Shown in pieces: positions 52,501 through 62,794 of a stretch of DNA of 64,000 bases. Under the pieces are notes generated by a model, which saw only the letters and a list, made by a program, of their open reading frames with translations, did not search any database and had not been told where the DNA came from. Made by a program: the position numbers and the translations under genes. Each line of letters opens with the position of its first letter. The first letter of the stretch is position 1. Source of the stretch: Oikopleura dioica (taxonomy: Eukaryota > Animalia > Chordata); NCBI GenBank assembly GCA_907165135.1, contig OU015568.1, positions 11,594,001 through 11,658,000 on the forward strand. Reading direction: 5' to 3'.

Positions 52501-53045
52501 CTTCGGGTCGGCTTAGCCCCGTCTCAGACTAAAATGCACAAACAGGCCTGGCCTCCTCTTCGGGTCGGCTAGGGCCTGTCTCAGACTGGATTGTACAATC
52601 GGGCCTGGCCTCCCCTTCGGGTCGGCTTGGCCCTGTCTCAGACTAAATTGTTCAAACGGGCCTGTCCTCCCCTTCGGGTCGGGTGGGCCCCGTCTCAGAC
52701 TGAATTGTACAACCGGGCCTGGCCTCCCCTTCGGGTCGGCTTGGCCCCGTCTCAGACTTAATTGTTCAAACTTGCCTCGTCTCTTCCTCGGGTCGGCTTG
52801 GCCCTGTCTCAGACTGGATTGTACAATCGGGCCTGGCCTCCCCTTCAGGTCGGCTTTGCCCTGTCTCAGACTAAATTGTTCAAACGGGCCTGGCCTCCCC
52901 TTCGGGTCGGCTTTGCCCCGTCTCAGACTTGATTGTACAACATGGCCTGGCCTCCCCTTCGGGTCGGCTTGGCCCTGTCTCAGACTCAATTGTTCAAATG
53001 GGCCTGGCCTCCCCTTCGGGTCGGCTTGGCCCCGTCTCAGACTAA
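49515..53045 (-). repeat. 57-bp satellite, right arm (~62 units), inverted relative to the left arm
   Basis: Plus-strand unit GGGCCTGGCCTCCCCTTCGGGTCGGCTTGGCCCCGTCTCAGACTAAATTGTTCAAAC. Confidence 0.95.
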
Positions 53046-53099
53046 ATTGTACAAACGTACAATTTCTTATGAGTAAAGAAGCATTTTGATTTATTTTTT

Positions 53100-53810
53100 T
53101 CAGCAATTTGTGAGTATTATGAGCTAGAACTGCCCTGAACCGCTGTGAACCGGGCGGTCAACCAAGCGGTCTGGTTCGAAAACCTGTTTTAATGATTTTT
53201 CATAAGTAGAGAAGCATTTTGATGTACATATTTCAGCATTTTGCAATTTAAAAGAGCTTGAACCGCCTCGAACCGCTGTGAATCGGGCGGTCAACCGAGC
53301 GGTTTGGTATGAAAACCTGTTGAATTAATTCCTTTTGACTAGACAAGCATTTTGATATATATATTTCAATATTTTGTGAACATTCAGTTCTTGAACCGCT
53401 TTGAACCGCTGTGAACTGGGCGGTTAGCTGTCCGGTTTAGTTCAAAAATCTGTTCAAAAGACTCCTTTTGATTAGACAAGCATTTTGATATACATATTTT
53501 AATATTTTGTGAATATTCAGACCTTGAACCGTTTTGAACCGCTGTGAACCGGGCGGTTAGCCAAGTGGTTCGGTTCGAAAATCTGTCCAAAAGACTCCTT
53601 TTGACTAGACAAGCATTTTGATATACATATTTCAATATTTTGTGAACATTCAGACCTTGAACCGCTTTGAACCGCTGTGAACCGGGCGGTTAGCCAAGTG
53701 GTTCGGTTCGAAAATGTGTTGAAACGACTCGTCGTCAAAAAATATGCATTTTGATATACATATTTCCGGATCCCGGCTCTTTTAAATGCTTGAACCGCGA
53801 CGAACCGCCA
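53100..53810 (-). repeat. Subterminal array of 133-bp units, right arm (mirror of 46890-47600)
   Basis: Reverse-complement copies; the ORF track gives identical spurious peptides at 46962/47065 (+) and 53517/53384 (-). Confidence 0.9.
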
Positions 53811-54399
53811 GAATGACCAGCTGGTTCAGAAAAAACACCTTACTGAATTCAGTGGTTCATAAGCTCCAAGATGAGCTATAAATCGTCACCGTAGAATGCG
53901 TAGATCAAAAGTTGCAAATTTTGAAATTTCATATCTGGCAGACTTTGTCGACTTTGAAGCTCTAGAAAGTACCGAAATCGAGGTCTGCAGAATTCGTCCA
54001 GTGGTCCAAAGAATCAGCGAACCCTCTTCTACAACATATCCAAAAATGATAAGAATCGGTATGTGGGAACACCCTTAAATTTTGGAACAATTCATCTATA
54101 TACATTTTTTCTCATCAAAAATCGCCAAAAAATGCACAAAAATGAGCCGTTTCGAAAAATCGGCTAGTGCAGTTTTGTAAGGCGTGTCATGGTGCATATA
54201 TTCTGTAAGTTTGGTGTGTCTCTGCAAAAGAACCTGGAAAATAGTTTTCAGCCGCGGTAAGCCTAAGCATGTGCGGCCTGGTTTAGAGCAGGGTTGAAAT
54301 AAAAATCAATAAAAATGTTCTGTTAGAATATCGAGAACGCTTTCAAGTAAAGATATAGGTAGGTCTGTTGACCTTTTAAGAGTCGTCGACAGGAAAACA

Positions 54400-57200
54400 T
54401 AAGTGTCGGCCGTGCAGCCTGTCATTTTCCTCCTTGATTTCAACCCTGTTATCTGACTGCATCTCGCAACCGTAAACTCTACGGCCCATTATTCTTGTGT
54501 CTCTATACTTTCTCTTCGATGGCCTATCTCTCTGCTTCTATTTCGAGCTGCGCGAAAAAGTGACCAACTCAATGATGGATATCGCTTTAGTATTCCAAAA
54601 GGTTGAAAATGTTAACGATGGAGCTTTTAGCGCGTCTCAAATCTTCAAAACGGACGACACGGTCCAGAGGGGTGTAATCTCTGATAACAGCCGATCAGAT
54701 ACAAAATTGATCATCATGAATCGACATCTAGGCAGCTCTCTAGAGCAGGAATTCAAAATCAAAATCACCTGTTACAGTGTGTCTAGATTTATGCCTGCCG
54801 TGGAAGTGATAACGGCTTCACCTACTGAGATTCATGGGTTTGGCTCATTTCGAGCTTTGGGAAGTTTTCTCGCTCGTTTGCGTACTCACGCGATTTAATA
54901 TCTATCAATGACTTCACTTCAGTGTGGGGTTTACACAATAACTAACAATTACCGGCACAATATTGAGGATTTTCATCAACCTTGACATTTGAAAACAGAC
55001 AGCGCGGTGAACAAATATGAGATAATTTAGACACATGTTCGAACTTTGAAAATAATTCCTTCTTTTAAAACTATCCTCCAGCTCATTATCGAAGATTTCT
55101 CTCACAAATCGCCCCTCGTTAGATTCTTTCTATTCAAAAGATATCACCGCCGCCGCAAGCAACCGGTGATAAGTAACAACCCTTTCCCACCAGACTCGTT
55201 GTTGTTACTTACGAAGATATGTGGTAAATACTGCATGCTATCGTCCATCTATCTCTCAGTGAAAAAGTCGGTCTCTCGAAGAAATTGTAAAGTTTCGTCT
55301 TTCCGGGGTTGAAATCTTTTGCTGGGTAAATTTCTTTACTCGAATAAAAGTTCATTTCTTTATTTGAAAACCGGTAAAGTTTCAAGTGTTCCTTTTTTTG
55401 CCATGGCCCATGGGAGGGTACCGACGCTAATCGAATTTAAACCCCGTGTCCTGTAATCGCTGAATCCGGAGGGCAGAGCTACCGAGTGGTCTTTCGTTCG
55501 AGTTTTGAAAAAATTTGATTGTCTCTTGCATCCGTGCTTTATCTTCCGATGGGTTAGCGAGAATGTATTTGTTTACCACGATTGGCAACGCTTTAATATC
55601 ATAAAAAATCATTCTCAAAAAGTTACTTATAAAAGCCCTTTTCGGAGCTGATCAAGGAAGACGACGACAATACTCCTCTGAAAAGGGAGTTGGCAGTTGG
55701 CCTTTTCAATTCCAGCGCTGCCAGCACTAAAATCTGTCAAGCTCTGTTTTGTTGTTTTCTGAAAATAACAAAAAAAAAAAATCGTAACCCGATCATATAC
55801 TAAAGATGTGCTACTAGAGCTTGAGCAATGAAAAAACGGTCTCAAACAGAAATTATATAGTTCACGATGATTTATCGGTCAAGAAAGCTAATTAGTAATT
55901 ACTAAAATATTGGTCTCTCGTTTAGTGTGAAAAACTTGCTGACCCTGCTCGTGCATAAACCCACGGCTCATCTTCCTGACGCTCATTCTGATATTCTCTA
56001 TAGACGCAATGTCTTCCATGTTCTCTTATATCTCCTTATATACTGATTCGATGCGCAAAAGACAGGGTTTGTTAATTCTGAGGAGATTGTAGCTTCCTCC
56101 GATCGCTGTACATTCATTTATCAAAGTCAGAAGAAATCACCGACGCGGACAAATTTTATCCCTCCTCATTCGACCTCCGGTCATATCTCTCTCTCTCTGA
56201 GATAAAAGATCAGAAACTTGTCAAACTTGGAATGGATAAAGATTGGGCGAGAATAATTAATTGGAATCGTAAATATCGGGAGTACGCGCTAGTTTATTGT
56301 TAAGACAAGTTATAAATTACCGCGTTAAACTTATTTTTCTCTATCACTTTTTTTTTCTCAAAACACGTTCCTTACGTTAACAACTTTCCCATGAAGCGAA
56401 ATTCGTCTCATTTGGTGTTGGATTGAGTCAGGAAGCGTTTCCGCAGTTGGCCCAGTGAGCAAATCGATGATGTACGAGCTGGCTATGCTGAAGGTTGATG
56501 ATTTCCGACGCGTCTCGTCGTCTTTTGCAAAGAACTTTCGACTGGAACTGGTAAAATGGGTTCTTGTCTTTCGAGAAATTGTTTTTCAGACATCATAATG
56601 AGCTTTTGTTTACATGAAAATATAAATTTTACGAACCATGCGTGGCTATGACAATGATGATTGTCTTCATTTACCTCTCTTCCTACTATACAGTATAATC
56701 CCCCTTGCACACTTATCAAGTCTTGAAAAAACAATGTGTACATGTATTTCAATGCCGATACAGGGGTACCAGTGAAGATAGGCTTTGGAGGAAATCTAAA
56801 CTGCCCCCTTTATTGGGATTAATTTTTGAAGGAGAAGCCCTGACCTCCTCGTTTGACTGAGCCACTCATTGAGCCTCTTGAGAAAACTCGCAATGACAAG
56901 AACCTTTCCTACTCGATATGATGGGCTTATTTTTCTCTCGCTGAAACTCCTCGTTTGCTTTCTGAATTTCAAAATTCAATTCAACATTTATGAACGCCAT
57001 TTAATATAACTGACGCGGTATTTCTCATAAATTTGGGACTCCTACGCTTATATGGAAATCAGTACAAAAATCAATCAAATTTCCGGGCATGGAAGAATGT
57101 TTTTTTTTCCAAAAGACTTACGCGCATGTTTTCTGGTATTCTGAAGATGGACATCTTCCGCGACTCTAAAAATAAATCACAATTGTTTAGGAAAGCTCAT
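54400..57200 (-). CDS. Probable fragmented hypothetical gene(s)
   Basis: Several short minus-strand ORFs (54914, 55427, 55627, 56483) with intron-like gaps; no recognisable domain and strand partly uncertain. Confidence 0.25.
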
Positions 57201-57599
57201 CAGCATAAAGTTGATGAGCTGGGACAAGCCTCGTAACAACCTCTAATGGAGCCCCTTGCAAATTTTACGGTTTTCTCATTCTCTCTTCTTGGCGCCATTA
57301 TTTGAGAAAATATGAAAGTTCCCTAAATTGAAGAAAACCTTATTTTGAATAACAAATTTTCCTTTGTGATATTTACTCGAATGCCAGGCATAATCTATTT
57401 GAGAACTTTTTATGACGCCAACTGGGTACTCCTGTTTCTCAACACCATTTTTTCGCTGATATTCAATAATAATATCGTATTTATTGCCCAAAAAATTGAT
57501 TAATGGGAACATAATTGTAAATCAAAATCTTAGAAAAACCGCAGTAACAGATACTAAACGGATATTTATTCATTTGATGAAACAGATCATTTTTAAACT

Positions 57600-59111
57600 A
57601 GTTCTAAGCTACATCATACAAAGTTGCCCGAAAGCGGTCATACAGTCGGTGCATTTGAATTCGCATTCTTCTCCCTCTTCTTCTCGTTCTTGTTGGGCTT
57701 TGAGTCTCTCTTTTTCGTATCGTATGAGGTCGCTTTCAGTGTCTTCTCCTTCCAACTCTTGAGACAATTGGTCAATGTCTTTCATGAAAAGCTGTTTTTA
57801 CCTTTAGCAAAGGAAGATTTCGGGTCATAAGCGTCCTTGTAAAAGCAAGTACAGCCAATAAAATTGGCGATAAAGAAACACAAAAAGTAACGGCCATCGA
57901 TGAGAACAACTGAAGGACAAGTCCTAAGCCAAATGCATAGGTCAGCATTGGAGGACCAAGTGGAATGTCGCCAACGTAGCTCTCGCAAGGATCGACGTAT
58001 TCAGGTTTTGGTGTGCGCACTTTTGCTTTGTAAGTCGTCGGTTTGCGTGTCTTTCAATCGGATCAAATGATTTGTTAAAAACACGACAATAACTTATTGT
58101 CAATAAGTGTATTATCGTCCAAAGTTCAATGTGATCCCGTTTCGTTCTGACGCCTCCCCATCGGATGTACGTCGGGTAATTTTCTGTTACAAACTCGTCT
58201 TGGCCGAATGAATGGTAGCTCCATTCAAATTTCGTGTCGATATGAATGTCCGCCTTTCCACCCCAGCCCCAGTTAACTACCGGCACACTGATTAAATGTT
58301 TTTTACTTATTCGATTTATCAACAATTAGCTGAGTTGTAAAACGCTTTCTTGGTATTTCTGCGTCCGTGCGATCTGAATCTACATTTTGAAGTCGAGGAT
58401 TTGGATCTGCTGTTGGAGCTGCCTCAGTCATGTTCACTGTGGTCGACGGAATCATAGTTGTGTACACATCTTCTTCATCAGCTGATCTAGCTGTTCTTAC
58501 ATTAGTCTCGAGTTCACGGAAATCCTCATCAGAATCAACCACAACTTCTAACGCCATTGATTCGGATTGAAAAACGTCAAACGTTAGGGTTTTATTAATC
58601 TCGATTTCCTTCAAAGATATTAAAAAAATTATGATTTTTTACAAATTTACCAAATCAGCTGAGCGCCTCATCTTTTTGAAAAGCACATGTGTCTGGAAGT
58701 CATGTTATATCTCCCTGAGAACAAAAGATATCCATTGATTCCGACAATCCAAATCGTCCAGAGTAAGTTGACAATGGAAACGATTCCTGTTCCAGAGGCC
58801 TAAAAATAAAATAGGCCGACAATTACTCACAGTACCATCATAGTGTTCAAATTTCTATTCTCTCTGTACGCTCGCCCATATCTTTTGGAAGCATTAAATC
58901 CGAAGTAACCAGTTGCCAGGCCGAGGAGTCCGATGATCAGACCGAAGCCCCACGAAATATGAAAAATACCTCTAACAGTTCTGTACTCATCGAATCTGTG
59001 GCGCTCTAAAAACTCCATTCCACAGTTAAGCACTTCTGTAATAATAAGCGTAAACGAGAAAGCTATCAAAGCAATATTCGATCCTTTCAGAACACCTCGT
59101 ATATTTTTCAT
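57600..59111 (-). CDS. Multi-pass membrane protein (CD20/MS4A-like N-terminal TM cluster), multi-exon
   Basis: Hydrophobic segments NIALIAFSFTLIITEVL, ISWGFGLIIGLLGLATGYFG, GIVSIVNLLWTIWIVGINGYLL; large luminal region; late TM YFLCFFIANFIGC; acidic tail. Family assignment is weak. Confidence 0.45.
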
Positions 59112-59235
59112 TATTTCAATTTCATTCGCTTTTCTCTTGTTTGTGATACGCGATACGAGTACGAGGGGCTTTCCCAAAAAGGTCAGGAGAAACGCAAAGG
59201 ACAAAAAGCTCAGAGATAATGTGACAACTCTTTTA

Positions 59236-60423
59236 TTAGCAGGTAAGGAATGATTTCGGAATCAGCTCCGTGAAGATTTTGTACTCTAACTTCGACTGGA
59301 GTTCCCTAAATAGACCATACACTACCAGATAACACAGTAAAAACTTACGTCACACCACCTTCGGGAAGGTTAAAAGCTTCAAATGGAAGATCACCATAAC
59401 CGCCAGCAATAAAAACTGTGTTCCCAACAACAGCGGATGCGTGATTATGCCTAGCTAAAAATGAAAAATTGATTTGAGAAAAGTATCGACCTTTTGTTCG
59501 CCAGAAATCCTGCAGCTCCCCAAGAATGAGTTTCAGGAAAGTACTTGTTGATTTTCGTTATGTAATCTTGCTGCAAAGCCGAATATCCGCCAAACGTGTA
59601 GATGTGATTTTCAAAGACGACTGTAGTGAAACCATTGATGAAGTCAGTCAAGTGAGCACCGAAATCTTCCCACTCTCCCGCTGGCGAAGAGAGGCTTTCT
59701 ACTTGATTGGTGTATCCAGCGATTCGTAAGAGAGTATCATTATAATTAACAAGCCCTCCGAAACGATGATCCAATGTTGATTCGGGCCCCTCATCGAACT
59801 TATCTAAAATCACTAAAAAATCATTATTTCCATCTGCCACTGACGTAAATCATAATGGTAGCACTTTTTAGGATCGTCCGCGTTTCCACACATCCAAATG
59901 TCATTCTCCCACACAGTGCACCGATGCTGATACATTTCGATTGGTAGTCTCGCGACAGTTTTGAACTGACAGCCATTCGCTTTTGATACACGGTACTCGT
60001 CGTAAAATCCACCGATCACATAGAAATCCCCTTCATATTCAACTGTACACACCATGTCAATTTCATGGTCGCGGAAGTCAAACGAAGCATTTTCTTGAAT
60101 GGTATCAAGTTTAAAGTTCACATCCCAGGCATCTGTCTTCAAATAAGCATTACAACACGTACACTATTAATAACACATACTCCGACTACAAGTGCAAACT
60201 CAGAAGCAGCGCATTCAATGTCACAGGAAGCATTTTCTCTAAGACAGGTTCTGGGGACCTTCATTTCATGAAACCTAGCACAATACCTAGCACAGATTGA
60301 TGGGCAGCTTGCATCTTCCGGTGGACAGGCAGAAATACAGCTCTCTAGTTCAGCAAGACAAAAAGAATCGCAACTATTCTGAGCTTTAGCAGCTCCTATT
60401 ATTCCTAAGTAAAACCCCCTCAT
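59236..60423 (-). CDS. Secreted protein with Cys-rich N-terminus and kelch-like beta-propeller
   Basis: MRGFYLGIIGAAKAQNSCDSFC...; kelch-type motifs FYVIGG, IYTFGG, HNHASAVVGNTVFIAGG. Confidence 0.75.
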
Positions 60424-60483
60424 AATAATGCTCTTCAATTAACGAGCAATGCTGGACACATTATGAAAAACATCTGGTTTCTC

Positions 60484-61565
60484 TCATGATCGAGGGTCAA
60501 ATATGAATTCATCACCTTGAACCATTGATATCATTTTCGTCATGCTTTGTATTAGTAGATTGATGCAAAATAAACAGTAAAAATAGCAATCATTTGTTGT
60601 TCTTCTAAAAATCTCGGACGATTTCTTTGAAAGCACTCTTGAGATCTCGCTCGAAGTATTTGTCAGAGAGGCGGAAAAAGTTTCGTGGACTAGACGCCAG
60701 AGTATTTTTGAAGAAAGCTTCGTCTTCTGCAGTCGATCCTTTTGGTCGGACGATGATAGGATAGGTTGTGTAATTCTCGTTCGTTTTAGCAACAATCTAA
60801 AGTGGCTCGATCATTTGCTCAAAGTTTCAAAAGAACCTCCTCGGCAGTAGCGATTCCGTCACTTGTTGTGCTCTGAAGATTTCCAATGTCGGATTCACCG
60901 TCAGAAATAATGAACATAGAGCGTCGTCTTGGACCATCATCGTATGCAATCTTCCTTGAAAATTCTTCCAGGTAGCTTTCGAGGTTCAAATCTTGCAAAC
61001 AAAGAAAGAGCTGGCTATTACCATCAAGTCCTTCTGCGAATTCGCTTTCCTTCGAAAAAATAAAAAGTGAACGGGTAAGAATCAATCACCTCTCGGACAG
61101 CGTTTTCCAAAGGAACGCAATCTTGCTCGACAATGTAGTGCATGTAGTCAGAGTTAGTGTCTTTTCCCCCGGATCCGGGCTTGTATGAGCTTGTTCCAGC
61201 TTTGATGCCGGAGAACTGAATAATGGTCACGCTTGCCCGGCTTCCAAGTTTATTCTGGAGCATTGGAATCAGATCGGAGTTAATCAAACGTTGAGCATCA
61301 GCGAATCCATTTTGATCATTGAAGCTGTCAGACCCATCGATAAGGATGATGATATCGTGGAAAGTGGAAGGAGGTGGAGGAGGGACGTCTGTAAAGCAGG
61401 TACTGTCGTGAACGTACTTAATATCATCGAGCGAAGCGTAATTCCAGACTCGTGTTGTTGTACCAATCGATAGGCTATTGACATTAATTTCATAGCACTG
61501 GGATTTGCTTACGTTGTGATGGACTCTATCGACGGAATGTCCAAGCAAAGCGTTTCCTCCGACAT
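60484..61565 (-). CDS. von Willebrand factor A domain protein
   Basis: DIIILIDGSDS (MIDAS DxSxS); VTIIQFSG; MFIISDGES. Confidence 0.75.
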
Positions 61566-62154
61566 GATTTTGTCCGTCTTTTGAACTCTCTGACTGGCGA
61601 AAAAAGCCGCGTCTGTTTTCTTTTTTATATTTATGAGCTTATTATTTTCGATACGGTCTTTGAATTTTAAAGAGAATGCCCAGCGATTATCAAATAAGTT
61701 TGTTTTCATGACTACTGAAGCTTTTAGCGACAATGTATTTTATTTCAGCTCGAAAGCATCTACCATAAACGTGGCATATTTTTCATTGAATATATAAACT
61801 TGTTTAATTTATTGACAGATAAATGTTGAAAGGGCTTAAACTTGTGCTTTATTGAATTCTGCAAGTGCGCGTTCAAAGGAGTCGTACGGGTTCCCTGAAG
61901 AATCCACAAAGTTTGAGTTGCTGATTCGGCTTTTCTTGATTTCGAACATCGTTAATGCGATTTTATGACATCATAACTATGTCCTAGAAGTGACTCATGA
62001 GCTTAAAACTTGCACCACCATTATTTGCACCAGATTCTCAATGAATCACGGGCCCCGAGGCTATTGCAGTCATCACTAGAGCTTATAAAATGCACTTCGA
62101 ACTGGCTCAATCCATCACTTTCACAATCGCGATCGAAAATTTACTTTTTCCAGC

Positions 62155-62745
62155 ATGAAAAACGTATCCACCATGCTTTTCCTTGGCTCCTCCTTCGCAA
62201 GGCCTGCTGAAGACTTAGGAGGAAATCTTTTAGATAAGATCGCAAGCGAAGTTAGAACGGAAACGCGAGTGTACGAGATGAATTCCAGCAACGAGGAGGA
62301 TCCGTCTCCCGTCTTTTTACTCGACAGGCCGGCCTTTAAGAAATTCCTTGAGAGCCACCAGTCACGAGAACGTCGATTCATCGAGACATCAACGAGCGAG
62401 ACTACTTCCACCACTGAGCAACTAACAACGACTACTGCCCCCGATGAGACTTCGACCGTCCACGACCCCGACTGGACTCCCGACACCACAATTGACACTA
62501 CCTCCACTCACTTTCCGACTACAACGCAAACGATCGAAGGTGACCCGACTTCAACGGTTGCTGATCCTACCACAAGCACTAGCACCAATTCAGCAAACGA
62601 CCCTGATTGGGAGCCCAGCTCAACTGTAGACACGACATCGACTCAGTTCCCGACGACTACGACTACTACAACCACTACCTCTACGAAAACGACAAAACGA
62701 AACTGGTTTCTCGAATTTCTCGATATTTTCGGTTTCAATTGGTAA
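62155..62745 (+). CDS. Small secreted Thr-rich (mucin-like) protein, single exon
   Basis: 196-aa ORF with hydrophobic N-terminus; two DPDWxPxxTxDTTSTxFPTTT repeats. Confidence 0.65.
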   Translation: MKNVSTMLFLGSSFARPAEDLGGNLLDKIASEVRTETRVYEMNSSNEEDPSPVFLLDRPAFKKFLESHQSRERRFIETSTSETTSTTEQLTTTTAPDETSTVHDPDWTPDTTIDTTSTHFPTTTQTIEGDPTSTVADPTTSTSTNSANDPDWEPSSTVDTTSTQFPTTTTTTTTTSTKTTKRNWFLEFLDIFGFNW

Positions 62746-62794
62746 AGCTTACACTGCAAAACTCTCCGCTGTTTACCTAGAAAGATAATTTTGA

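Larger units (their letters stand above)
46437..54265. mobile_element. Giant foldback-type non-autonomous DNA element, 7829 bp, nearly all inverted repeat
   Basis: Ends TAGGCTTCCCGCGGCTG (46437) and CAGCCGCGGTAAGCCTA (54265). 8-bp TSD AGCATGTG at 46429-46436 and 54266-54273. Outer 1.2 kb of the arms are colinear mirror images (46437-47655 vs 53045-54265). Unique spacer is only ~49385-49515. Confidence 0.92.

Noticed and set aside
47656-53045. CRISPR-like look (constant hairpin repeat plus short variable segment)
   Set aside because: The variable parts are homologous variants of one 14-nt sequence rather than unique spacers. There are no cas genes, and the context is an intron-rich eukaryotic genome.
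47656-53045. Hammerhead ribozyme in satellite DNA
   Set aside because: The units contain CTGAGAC but lack the CUGANGA...GAAA catalytic core and the three-helix junction.
47611-53106. Many ORFs of 70-290 aa (e.g. GPGLPFGSAWPCLRL repeats)
   Set aside because: They are translations of the 57-bp (19-codon) satellite in several frames on both strands. There is no start context or domain, and they mirror across the palindrome.
46437-54265. Long-read fold-back chimera or assembly artefact
   Set aside because: The arms differ (ttttc vs aaaact near the ends, scattered SNPs, different array lengths), there is a unique central spacer, and both ends are bounded by a direct 8-bp TSD with unrelated flanks. 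Only the exact copy number remains uncertain.
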